From Octopus sinensis (Eukaryota): 64,000 bases of DNA. The stretch spans positions 42,966,001 to 43,030,000 of the forward strand of contig NC_043005.1 in the NCBI RefSeq assembly GCF_006345805.1, given 5' to 3'. Position 1 is the first letter of the stretch, and each line of letters starts with the position of its first letter. Below the pieces are notes generated by a model. That model was given only the letters and a program-made list of their open reading frames with translations, ran no database searches and was not told the DNA's origin. The translations under genes were made by a program, and so were the position numbers. Positions 52,480 to 63,957 of the stretch are shown one piece after another.

Positions 52480-52838
52480 TGTGTGTGTTTATGTTCAGTT
52501 ATAATAAAAGCAGGTTTACATTAACTTAAAGGGTTGCTCCATATTTTTGTAGAGTACAACTTTATTATTCTTTGACAATACTAGCTGTGACTTCGAAGCT
52601 TCGGCCAACTAAGTCTTTTGTCGGACTGTGTTGCATTAAGTTAATCTTGGCTTTGTACAGGTTCTGTTGAGATGAAATTACTCTGCTGCTTGGGTGGGGG
52701 GGTTCAGTGGAATGATAATTTGAATTGTAGGGTGAGTTTTGATGGAGATATGCTGTTGAGAATTTTTCATATGTTAAATTTAGTATTTTATGTTTTTGCA
52801 AATAAATGTGTATTTTTAAGAGTCAGTTTAAAAACACC

Positions 52839-52894
<56 letters not shown>

Positions 52895-53299
52895 CACACG
52901 TGATCCCATAAATGGAAAATTCGATCGTCACTAAATGTGACTAAGGGTGCCAAGACACTTATATTACTAGAAATAAGGGTTAAGATACTCTTAATATTGT
53001 AGGAAGCGAGCAAATGTATACACACATGCTGACAGGGGTTGTAACCACCCTATCATCGACTCGAGAATCATTCAGGCTAAACATTTAGTTTCGCCTATGA
53101 TGTATGTGTGTGTGTGTGTGTGGTGTGTGAGTGTGTGGTGGAGAAGGTTGAAAAGAAACCCACGAGTTGATATGTATAAAATAAAAGTAAGTTAAGGTAG
53201 AAAATGCTAAAGTAATTTTATCATAAAAACATTCTAGTACCGGTTAAAATTATTTTAGTATTTTCTACCTTGACTTTTTTCCTTATAAATATATATATA

Positions 53300-53445
53300 T
53301 ACATAGTTAATCCAAACATGAAAACACAAAGAGAAAACACAGCAACGCGAGGACGTGAAACAAGTAAAGTGTTATTGGACGCTCAGGAAAGGAAAGAAAG
53401 AAGGAGGATTTAACGTTTCGAGCGGAGCTCTTCGTCAGAAACATG
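53300..53445 (-). mobile_element. Penelope-like pLTR remnant (family P2)
   Basis: Homologous to 25880-26055 and contains a hammerhead. Confidence 0.68.
53407..53442 (-). ncRNA. Minimal hammerhead ribozyme, apparently intact
   Basis: gttt CTGACGA a GAGC tcc GCTC GAAA CG TT aaat. Perfect core and stem II, palindromic ACGT stem III, stem I gttt/aaat. Confidence 0.72.
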
Positions 53446-53540
53446 TTGGTCATTCTCCCATTTCATAGTCAGCCTCGACAGACTTCAGCTATGTCCCTTC
53501 CTATAATCTTGGGATATTTTTGTGTTTGTTAAATTATGTT

Positions 53541-53623
53541 CCATCTGATGATTACGGTCTTTTGAAATGAAGTGATGTTCTCATTCTTCTATTACAAAAT
53601 GCGTTAGAAACAGCTGTAATAAG
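53541..53623 (+). ncRNA. Hammerhead motif with long stem II
   Basis: CTGATGA ttacg..ttttgaaatgaag...cttctattacaaaa..cgtta GAAA CAGCTG TA. Intact core and ACAGCTGT palindrome. Stem I has only about 2 bp. Confidence 0.55.
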
Positions 53624-54108
53624 CTGACAATTATCCATCGTATGTTATTATTCATTTGATTATAATACACCAAGGAGAAATTACAACTTGTCGGACACCC
53701 TAGAGTATACCAACAACGTACAATTCAATGTAACGCGTGCTTTGGGACAGCTTCTAGGCGCGACATACTCATAGAGTTGGTTTTCTCTGTTTGATACTTA
53801 TCAATCATAGGCTGGAACCAGAGATTTATCCAACCCTACCTGGTACATGTCCTTTCCCTCTGAATCCTTATTTTACCATGTATGTGTGTGTGTGTGCGTG
53901 TGTGTGTGTGTGCGTGTTTTTGTGTGTGCGTGTGTGTTTATTTCCCATCCACTTGACAATCAGCGATGGCTCGTTTACGCACCTGTAACTTAGAGGTTCG
54001 GCCAAAGAGACCGATAGAATAAGTATCTGACTTTAATCATTATTATGGATCAATTTGTTTGTGTGTGCGTGCGTGCGTGTGTGTGCGTGTGCGTGTGTGT
54101 GTGTGTGT

Positions 54109-54172
<64 letters not shown>

Positions 54173-54177
<5 letters not shown>

Positions 54178-54345
54178 TCAAATTTACAGAAAAGCAAAAG
54201 ACGAAGTCAGGTGTAGGAGCAATAAACAAGTGTATTGGTTTGACGCTCGGGAAAAAAATGGATAAGTTTCTTACGTTTCGAGCCTACGCTTTTCGGCAAA
54301 AAGGAATAAGACGAAATAAACAGAGAGAGAATGAAAAACGTACGG
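54173..54345 (-). mobile_element. Penelope-like pLTR (family P1) with decayed hammerhead
   Basis: Homologous to 58671-58860 and 60420-60578. agcgtaggctcgaaacgta retained. Confidence 0.72.
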
Positions 54346-54620
54346 GCGCAACCATTCACACTTTAAATTTTAAGGAAATTCATGCAAACATTTATGTCCC
54401 TGAAATTATGACTTTCTTTCGCATATGAATTATATAGCTAAGTTTATTCTTCCAAGAAACCAAAAATTCCAAGCGGTTAAACACATATCCTTGCGTTCCA
54501 ATAATAATGGGTGTCAAACTAAAAATGTATTTTGAATATATTGTTTGACGACTCCTAACCATTGGTCCATAGACGTCTTCTTTCTCTCGTATTTTTCACG
54601 GATGTTAATCAGTCACTTGA
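54346..54620. repeat. ~275-bp arm, inverted relative to 56642-56911
   Basis: e.g. tttgacgactcctaaccattggtccatag versus ctatggaccaatggttaggagtcgtcaaa. Confidence 0.9.
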
Positions 54621-54739
54621 CTTCCACAACCAAGCATGTTTTTATTTTATTGTCCAAATACCAATGAAGCCAGCTGGAATTGAATTTCGTTGTGCTTGTT
54701 ATTCTGAATATTCTACAAACATTTATTCTAAACAAACGC

Positions 54740-55140
54740 AGGCGAAGGAGTGGCTGTGTGGTAAGTAGCTTGCTTACCAATCATATGGTTCCGGGTTCAT
54801 TCCCACTGCGTGGCACCTTGGTCTTCTACTATAGCCTCGGGCCGACTAAAGCCTTGTGAGTGGATTTGGCAGACAGAAACTGAAAGAAGCCTGTCGTATA
54901 TATGTATATGTGTGTGTATGTATGTGTGTGTATATCTTTGTGTGTCTGTGTCCTCCCAACATTGCTTGACAACCGATGGTGGTGTGTTTATGTCCCCGTA
55001 ACTTAGTGGTTCGGCAAAAGAGACCGATAGAATAAGTACTAGGCTTGCAAAGAATAAGTCCTGGGGTCTATTTGCTCGACTAAAAGCGATACTCCAGCAT
55101 GGCCGCAGTCAAATGACTGAAACTAATAAAAGAGTAAACG
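54740..55140 (+). mobile_element. Family C SINE
   Basis: gcaggcgaaggagtggctgtgtggtaagtagc...gcagtcaaatgactgaaac. Confidence 0.9.
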
Positions 55141-55144
55141 ACCT

Positions 55145-56062
55145 GATATCTTTTATCTGTTAGTTGTTTCAGCTATTAGACTGCGGCCATACTGGGATAC
55201 CGCACTGAAGAATTTTTTTTTTTTTTGAAACCTGGTATTTATTCTGTCGGTCTTTCGCCGAACCGCTAGGTTACGGGCACGTAAATACACCATCACCAGA
55301 ATCTTTTCTGTTTGGTTGTACCTCTAGAAAATTTAAAGTGTAGTGAAATTTTTTAATTTGGTGTATTGATGCAATTTTCCACGCTGAATCTCAGGGACTA
55401 ATACACCTTTCCCAGAAAATTTTTGGAAAATCTTACAGAGGTTTAACGCTTGATCATTTTCACCCAGTCAGAAAACAGGAGTTGGAAGATATCATTTTGT
55501 AAGTGACTGCACGTGTTGTCAACTGTAAACAAATGAACACTTCATACCTCATGTGTTTTAAGCATTTAATAAGCGAAAAATAACCATGCGGGTAAGCAAC
55601 TTGGTAACAGCTTTGGTTTGTTACTATGGAAACAAGCAATTATATGTCTATGGCTTTCGACTGGCTAAAATTACCCAAAATTTTAAATACTATTAACCAT
55701 TTATTTATTGATTTATGGCGAAAATGAATTTCATCTCAATGATAGGCTTACAAAACTACATCATTACACCAAATATGAAATCAGTTGGAACAAAAATTGA
55801 AAAAAACTGAAAAGTGGAGCTAAACAGAAAAGATCCCATCACCGGTTTTCAAGCGGTGGTAGGGGACACAGACACAGAAACGCACACACACGCATGTATT
55901 TATGTACGACGGCAGTATTTCAGTTTCTGTCTAAAAACTACTCAAAAGGCTTCGGTCGGCCCGAATTTACAGCAGAAGACACTTGTCCAAGATGCCACGT
56001 AGTGAGACTGAATCCAAAACTATGTGACCGGGAAGCAAGCTTCTTACCAAACAGCCACGCCA
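55145..56062 (-). mobile_element. Family C SINE split by a MITE (parts 55145-55298 and 55837-56062)
   Basis: The halves are colinear across the insertion. Confidence 0.82.
55299..55836. mobile_element. 538-bp non-autonomous DNA transposon with 8-bp TSD
   Basis: TIRs gaatcttttctgttt / aaacagaaaagatcc. TSD catcacca (55291-55298) and catcaccg (55837-55844). Confidence 0.8.
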
Positions 56063-56641
56063 GTATCTTTATTTATTATTTCTTTCCATTCTGACTCTAT
56101 TCCAGATTGCCTCATGAATATTTAGTATCTCGAGGATATTTTCTCAAAGTGTGAAGTGATGTAACCAAGGTTTATAGTTTTTTTTTCCTTTTATTTATCC
56201 TACATTTGTTGTCAACTGATTCCTTGCACCTATTGTATAGAAGGTAATTGGTGAAAGCTTCTTGTTTCTGGATTGCATGGAATTAATTTCAAGGTGCAAA
56301 GTTATAAACTTTATGACTGCTTTATGACTGACTGTTAGTATTGCTTATTCTCTCTGTTGTCTTATTTTCACTTTAAGTGTGAACGTACCACCTTGTCAGT
56401 CTCTTTCTATTTTGTATTTTCTAATTTTCTTTAAGAAGAAATTTGTGACAATTTCATACCCCACCCTCTCTCTCTCTCTCTCTCTTCTCATATAAAGTTT
56501 TAACGATATTTGTATTTTTATCTTTGCAAACTTGAACTAGATACTTACTGAGCTATTTTTCCCAACCGGTGACATCACGCCTCTATGTCATATACTGACT
56601 AATAAATCTGGTTCTCATCAGATACTAATACCAACAGCCGC

Positions 56642-56911
56642 TGTGACTGATTGACATCCGTGAAAAATTCAGAAGAAAGGAGTCTTCTATGGACCAATGG
56701 TTAGGAGTCGTCAAACAAAATACTAAAAACATATTTTTAGTTTGACACCCAATATTATTGGAACGCAAGGATGTATGCCTAACCGCTTGGAATTTCGTTT
56801 CTTGGAAAAATAAACTTAGTCACGTAATTCATACGCGAAAGAAAGTTACGATATCAAGGACAATAAAAGTTTGTAAGAATTTCCTTATACTTAAAGTGTG
56901 AATGGCTGCGC
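56642..56911. repeat. Inverted partner of 54346-54620
   Basis: Reverse-complement alignment by eye. Confidence 0.9.
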
Positions 56912-56999
56912 ATAAAACCGTTGGTGATTTTTTTCCTGCTTCTCTATCCGTTCTGGTTCAGAAACAGCTGACAACGCAAAGCAATGGAATCGCAAACAC

Positions 57000-57635
57000 C
57001 AGGAAACATTTCGTTTGGTATTTGTGAGAATTCTCGTTCTTGCTAAAAATAAGACTCCTTATCTTCAAAGTCTTCTCTAATGTTTGGCATGACAGATTTG
57101 CAGCAAGTTCAAGTAAATGGGACCAGTTACACATCGTGCCAAGTACCACTTGCAATACTGCCTTCTTTGGTCTGGATCATCGCCATTAATAGCATGGACT
57201 AATCTTGGAACGTAACTTTTCCATTGACAATGCTTCAAAATGCGTTGGACAGACGATTTTGAAATACCTACCACTCGCTAGTTGCAGATTTTCTTGGACA
57301 TTGGTGATACGTTTCCAGCACTCCTTCTTGTTTTCTGGCGGGGTCTTCCGGAACGCTTCTCGTGAACATTCTGAACAGTTCCATCGGCTTCAAACTTATC
57401 TCTAATTCGGGGGATGGTAAATCGCATTGGTGGATCTGTTTGAAACTCCATCCTTAACTGTCTTTGCACTTCAACTGCGTTTTCACACTTCCAGTAGCAT
57501 TTTAGAATGAATTTCCTTTGTTCAAAGCTTACTGTGACTGCCATCATTAATTCCAGTGGGTTTCATCTGGAAAGAAAAAACATCAATTGAGTTATCAGCT
57601 GCTAAATTGCATATACATTTTTGGGGGACACCCTG
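57000..57635 (-). pseudogene. Tc1/mariner-superfamily element (DD41D/rosa-like) with 5' TIR and deleted transposase
   Basis: TA plus cagggtgtcccccaaaaatg terminus. [67 protein letters not shown], then [10 protein letters not shown]. Subfamily is inference. Confidence 0.85.
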
Positions 57636-57640
57636 TATAA

Positions 57641-57671
<31 letters not shown>

Positions 57672-58592
57672 TACAGATATATATTTATACATGTATACGG
57701 CTCAGCAGATATTAATACCAACAGCCGTGGTTTTAAATCTAAACCACGGCTGTTGGTGATATCTTCCAGACTAGTATGGCATAATTTATATTTTCTTTTA
57801 CAGTATGCAGTTTTAGAGGTATCAATTATCTCCCTTGTTAATATGATATTTAATAGATAACTCCTATTTCTGGGTAGCAAACGTGTAGCCGTTCACCAAG
57901 GATGTTATGTATTTACCGCAGGTCAAGGAGAGGATAGTGTTCCTCTTAATGCTGGTATTCTCCAACTTGCAGGATATGTAACTGTGCTTAACTAGTCTGA
58001 GTATTTCTTTTCCAGCTCTCTTTTTTGAGTAAGTCCAACTACTCTCGTTTCACGTGAACCAGCTGTAGACACAAAATACTTATTCAGGAATTTTTCACTT
58101 AATCTCATGGTGCTATCATGTATACACTCAACAGCTGTTGAGTGTACATGTGGTGTACTCCTTTCTCTTTTAACTGTTCTGTAAATGCTGAAGTGATACG
58201 ATGTTGCACCAAAAGGCAGTCTGGACTGAATGTTTATACCTTTGCCACAGTTCGCTCCAACTAATATACATCCTGCCAATGCTACTATTGATACGGAAGT
58301 TACTGAGAGATTTATATCATTCTAGTACTGATATCTAAATTAGGGATTTCTTCAAGTGTTCAAGCTTGCATCATAAATGTTGGTGCTTATCATTGGTCCT
58401 GTGATAGCATTGCAGAATATAGTTTTAGTGGCCACAGACAGCTCTGATTTCCATATAAGACTATATGAACACACCATCATCCACACACCTATGTGCATGT
58501 GAAATTGTGTGTCTGTGAATGCTAGCAATGAACAACACATCATAAATGTATAAACGGTCAAATAGATACTGTATTGCCTATATGCATACACC

Positions 58593-58652
<60 letters not shown>

Positions 58653-58670
58653 ATATATATATTATATATA

Positions 58671-59945
58671 GTAGAATTTACAGAAAAACAAAAGGCGAAT
58701 ACAAATGTATGAACAACAAACAGGTGTATTAGTTTTACCCTCGGGAAAGTGAGATGGTATTTTACACTTCGAGCCTACACTCTTCAACAGAAAGAAATAA
58801 GAGAAAATTAACAGACAGGGAATTAAAAAAAATCTTGTGAATCTAGCGATGAAACATGGCGACTGGTTGGGGGGAAAAAGATGCGACAGGAGAGGAAGAA
58901 AAAGAGAGGAGATAATAAAGTACAGGTGATCTCAAAATGAAAGTGCGTGTTTATATGCGAGAATGTGTGTGTGTGTGCATAAGGGCTAGTGATTTGGGCG
59001 AGTGGATGTGAGTGTGTGTGTGCGTCTGTAATGTGTAGGTGTGTGGATGATGGTGTGTGGGTGTGCAGATGATGGTGTGTAGTGTGGGTGCTGGGAAGTG
59101 GTCAGTGGTAGTGTGTAGGTGGTGTGGGGGATGTGCAGTAGGTTGGGGATGTGTGGTCGGTGGGGATATGGGGTGAGGATATAGGATGAGGATGAGGTGG
59201 AGGTCTGGGGACTTGGGGTCGGGTAAGGAGGAGTAGAGTGTGTGGCGCGAGTGCAAGAAGTATCAATGGAGAAGGTGGATATCAATGAAGAGAGGCAGTA
59301 GGTTCCACATGAAGAGAGGAGAGGATGGGAGTCAGGTGAAGAAAGGAGGAAAGTTGAGTCCTTCTGGCACAAGGGAGCGAAGAGAGAAGATTAATTCCTG
59401 TTCACGGCGAAGGCGGTAGTCCGGATGGTCCCAGTGCAAAGACAATCCGAACACATACAGGTGTTGTAGTGAATGACTGGTAGAGCGGAAATGGCGCGAG
59501 ACCGGGGAGTCTCGGAGGTGCTCCGCAAACCGGTCATCCAACCGGCGTCCCGTTTGACCGATGTACAAAGAAGAGCAGAAAGAACTGTAGATGCAGTAAA
59601 TCACGTTGGTAGATGTGCAAGTAAAGGAGTTCGTGATATGATAGTGACGATGATGGGTGCCTGTGAGGATGGTGATGTTGTAGGAATAGGGGCATGTGCA
59701 ACAGCGTGGGCGGGAGCTGAGGAACGAGACAGGTTGGGTGGTGGGTTTAGGGAAGAAACTGTGGACCAGGAGGTCACGCAGGTTGTGGGCTTCTTTGAAA
59801 GAGGGAAGTAGTAGGTTGGGGAAGAGTTGCGAGGTAGAGGGGTCGGACTGGAGCAGCTGAAAGGCTCGCAGAATATATATATATCAAGGTATGAGTGTAT
59901 GCCGGTGTGTTTGTAGTGGATGGAGGTAGTGAGAACAGAGTCGTT
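58671..59945 (-). mobile_element. Penelope-like element, 5'-truncated and internally deleted (RT thumb remnant, linker, GIY-YIG, 3' UTR, pLTR)
   Basis: Minus strand VLTTSIHYKHTGIHSYLD (59890-59945), then an open frame from about 59877 to 59332: SFKEAHNLRDLLVH..RPRCCTC..FTCTSTNVIYCIYSSFCSSLYIGQTGRRLDDRFAEH..RREQELIFSLRSLVPEGLN. Confidence 0.93.
58760..58795 (-). ncRNA. Degenerate hammerhead (CUGUUGA core) in pLTR
   Basis: ttt CTGTTGA a GAGT gtag GCTC GAAG TG TA. Confidence 0.4.
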
Positions 59946-60578
59946 TCACCCTTCCCCCTCTCTCTTCATTGTTACCCTCCCTCGTAACCCAACCCCTACA
60001 CAATCCAACCCCACCTTCCCTATCCGTCCCATCCCCGGCCCATCCCCTACACCCATCCCACATACCCCACCATTGCTTTCCCCATTCTCGCCTCCCCCAC
60101 ATCCTAACACAACTACACCACACCACACACCACCACATCACACACCACCACACCACACAACACCACATCACATCACACCACCACGCACACACTAGCACTG
60201 ACCACTTCCCAGCCCCACACCATTAACCACACACCTACACATACACTCGCACATGTCAAGGTCTCCAACCCTCTTACACATGCACATACATGCTCTCTTA
60301 TACACACGCACATGCATCTTCATAAAGTAGTGGGATCACCTCTACTTTATTATCTCCCATTCCTCCTAGCCCTCCTGTGTGTCCCTTCTGCCCGGCATTT
60401 GCCATGATAGATCGCTAGCATTCTTTATTTTCTCTCCTTGTTTCTTTCTGTGTTCCTTTCTGTGGAAGAGCGTAGGCTCGAAACGTTACAGACTTTTTCA
60501 CTTCCCGAGCGTTAAATTAATACATCTGTTTGTTTCTACACCACCTGTCGTCGTCTTCTGTTTTATAGTGAATTCTGC
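59946..60578 (+). mobile_element. Inverted 3' UTR plus pLTR of a related Penelope-like element
   Basis: C/A-rich UTR and gatcacctctactttattatctcc shared with the minus-strand copy. pLTR end matches 58671-58860. Confidence 0.82.
60455..60492 (+). ncRNA. Hammerhead-like motif with CUGUGGA core
   Basis: cttt CTGTGGA a GAGC gtag GCTC GAAA CG TT acag. Confidence 0.5.
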
Positions 60579-60580
60579 CG

Positions 60581-60612
<32 letters not shown>

Positions 60613-60679
60613 ATATATATTATATATATATATAATATATATTATATATATATATATATATGTACATATATACGTATGT

Positions 60680-60795
60680 GATAAGAACCATGGTTCCGGG
60701 TTCAGTTCTACTGCGTCTTTATCTATAGCCTCGGGCCGACCGAAACCTTGTGAGTGGATTTGGTAGGCGGAAACTGAAAGAAGTCGCTCGTATAT
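60680..60795 (+). mobile_element. Family C SINE fragment
   Basis: accatggttccgggttcagt...ttgtgagtggatttggtaggcggaaactgaaagaag. Another fragment at about 62225-62300 (-). Confidence 0.78.
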
Positions 60796-60964
60796 TATAC
60801 GTGTGTATATTCAGATACAAAAACACACACACATAGATATATACATACATTCATACATACATACATGCATACATACATACATACATACATACATACATAC
60901 ATACATACATACATACATACATACATACATACATACAGATACATATGTATATATACATATTGAT

Positions 60965-61018
<54 letters not shown>

Positions 61019-61606
61019 AGAGATTTGGTCGTGTGTACATAAACACTTACATAGAGATAGAGAAGGAATACAAATAAATGTTCGACATGGCAAATAGATG
61101 GATGGATATGTTCCTCTCAGGAACATGTGTATCGATCTGAATTATCAATAATAATTCTGCTAAACAAGAAATGATTTGCATACAGCTTGGAAAATCACGG
61201 AATGTATAAAACAAGTATCCGACAAAACCCAGTAACACAATAACTCTTTCATCCTGACCGCCCTCTCTCTTTCTCTCTCATTTTCTTTCACTCTTTTTGT
61301 ACGCGAATGCGTGCGTGCGTTCGTGCGTGCGTGCGTGCATGGGTCTCTGCATGTTTGAAGGGGTGCTGAAAAGTTTTGGCTTTAAGGGTGTCACGAAAGG
61401 CCAGGCTGGAGGCCCAACTTTTTGAGTTCTTTTACAAGGCTTAGAAAAGGTGAAGTAGCGCTGCAAAATATATGTGTAAATCTGAAAGGGAATAATGTTG
61501 AATTAAATCATAATTCACTGATTCTCCGGTATTTTCATTTACCCAAAGTCAGGTAGCTTTCAACCACCCGTTCGTATGTATGTGTGTGGTTATGCGTATG
61601 TGTTGA

Positions 61607-61738
61607 AGGTGGCGAGCTGGTTGAAACGTTAGCACGCCGGGCGAAATGCGTAGCCGTATTTCGTCTGCCGCTACGTTCTGAGTTCAAATTCCGCCGAAGT
61701 CGGCTTTGCCTGTCATCCTTTCGGGTTCGATAAATTAA
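61607..61738 (+). mobile_element. Family M SINE, 3'-truncated
   Basis: aaggtggcgagctggttgaaacgttagcacgccgggcgaaatgc...gataaattaag. Confidence 0.88.
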
Positions 61739-62794
61739 GATAAATTCTGGATGCGTGTTTTTGGAGATGTAGATGAGATTTGGTTGACGTCATAACCAGT
61801 GTTAACATTTGCACAGAAATGAATGAAGCAGCCAATCTCAGAATATGTGTGACAGGTCAGCGTATCAATAAAGAGAATGGTAAATATGTCAAGTGGGATG
61901 GTGTATATACAGCTGGATGTTGTAAAAGAAGTCCACCTTTGGACATGGTGGAATTACTGTTATTAATCAAAACTGGGTCGATGAAACAGCCAGTCGGTTA
62001 GGTACTAGTTAGTAAATGATGGGACGTGAAATTTGGTCCCAGACATGGCTTTATATTAATGCAGTTTACAATTCGTTTCAGGGTGTATGTATTGTGTGTG
62101 TTCGGTACCTTGACGTACCGGAAGTACTTCCACTTAGAGTTACCACGCAATTTCTAAAGAGCTAGCAGCTGTTCTGTGTTGAAGTACTTCCTGGTTTCAT
62201 AGCAAACCCAACCTTTGTTATAGTGTTTCGGCTCTCTGGAGAATGTGAATCGGAAACCATGTGATTGGGAAGCAAACTTCTTACCATACAGCCACGCCTG
62301 GACTTATATATATATATATGGTGAATCATCCGTTATGGGAGGAAGGACGTTGAATACAGTTGCATTTTCATAAGTTAGAAGTATTTGCTAGGGTGGGATG
62401 CACGCATACAAAAACAGGGATACACACACGCATGCGCGCACGCACGTACGCACACACACACACACACACACAACACACACACACGTGTGTGTGTGTTCGC
62501 GAATATATTGATAATATCTTTTATGAACTTAAAATTTATAAGTGATCACCGTTTATTGACTAAGCAAAGTAATCTAATATTGGGGCATATAAACCTTCGA
62601 CGGAAAAAAGAGTAGGGGAAGCGGCTGACCTCCCCTGTTCGAAGGGTTATAATGGATACAGGTTCGTGTGTCATATAGCTAGCTAGAGGTGATGGCCTCT
62701 TGGACCTAATGAACGGCAGCTTTCGTCCTATATTTATGGACTGCTATATTAGCTTGGTGGTAACTATATATATATATATATATATTATAATATA

Positions 62795-62847
<53 letters not shown>

Positions 62848-63182
62848 ATATATTATTATATATATATATATATATATTATATGTATATATATATAATATA
62901 TATAATTCTAAGAGAGTTAGAGGTTGTGAATCCAACCAACTAAGGGATAATATCTATCCAATATATATATATGTGTGTTTGTATGTGTGTGTGTGTGTAC
63001 ATATATGTGCATTCCTCATTACGTACCTTTTCATTCCTACAAAACTACAATACCATTAAGCTAGATTGATTATTTAAATTCCACTATTATTTCTTTTTTG
63101 ATAGTTTTATCTTCCCTCTGTTTATACTTTATCTAATAGGAATAGTATAAAACAGCTAATAATAATAATTGATTCCGTTGTA

Positions 63183-63237
<55 letters not shown>

Positions 63238-63342
63238 CGGGAAGGTTTATGAAAATAAAAAAGACGAAGGCAGGTGGAATACAAACAAACAATATATATA
63301 TATATATTTAAATGTATGGTTATGTATTTATGTATATTTATG

Positions 63343-63410
<68 letters not shown>

Positions 63411-63477
63411 TGTGTGTGTAAAAGTGTTTATATATGTATGTATTTATATTTATAATTTAATCTTATGAACTTTCTAA

Positions 63478-63602
63478 ACTCTCAGACGAAGACCAGAGGC
63501 ACACCCAAGTACCTTAACCTTATCTACCAAATACTCCAGTTCACTGAAAGGATGGAAGTAAAGTGGGGTACTATGACCTCTTGGCTGAAACAGCTGTAAG
63601 AA
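63478..63602 (+). ncRNA. Degenerate hammerhead with ~70-nt stem II loop
   Basis: tct CAGACGA agaccAGAGG...CCTCTtggct GAAA CAGCTG TA aga. U4A substitution. Confidence 0.45.
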
Positions 63603-63866
63603 ACTATTCTACTTTCTATGTTCTATGTTATACATTTTAATAATTACTGGTATTTTTATATACGTAAAGCATAATCTGTTATACATGTATGTATATTGTT
63701 ATAATTGTGTTCTTTTTTAAATAAATAAATAAATAGACATAATATAACATCTTGTTGATCTCAGAACTATTCATTAAGCATGGCTCTTATTAATTGTTCA
63801 CTATTTCTCGAGCCTTTTCAGTAGTTATAATAGTTCAGAAATATTACCTGAATTCATGAGTGTGAA

Positions 63867-63867
63867 T

Positions 63868-63956
<89 letters not shown>
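63867..63956. repeat. (GATA)n microsatellite
   Basis: Visible directly. Similar tracts at 525-633, 4361-4463, 12605-12705, 19725-19785, 24826-24882 and 51310-51408. Confidence 0.98.

Positions 63957-63957
<1 letters not shown>

Noticed and set aside
52585-52630. Possible hammerhead relic (minus strand CCGACAA..ggccGAAGC)
   Set aside because: At least four core or stem changes are needed. Too degenerate to call.
57915-58330. Exon-like stretches (GQGEDSVPLNAGILQLAG, NIHPANATIDTEVTERFISF) and ORF 57992-58279
   Set aside because: No recognisable domain, stops nearby, and no consistent exon chain can be built by eye.
61780-62001. 73-aa ORF and a possible 39-nt micro-exon (61815-61853)
   Set aside because: AG/GT-bounded segments of this size are expected by chance. 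No homology recognised.
62590-62760. Stacked hairpins and a gtcc/ggac-GAAA motif suggesting a ribozyme
   Set aside because: No CUGANGA-like core at the required position.
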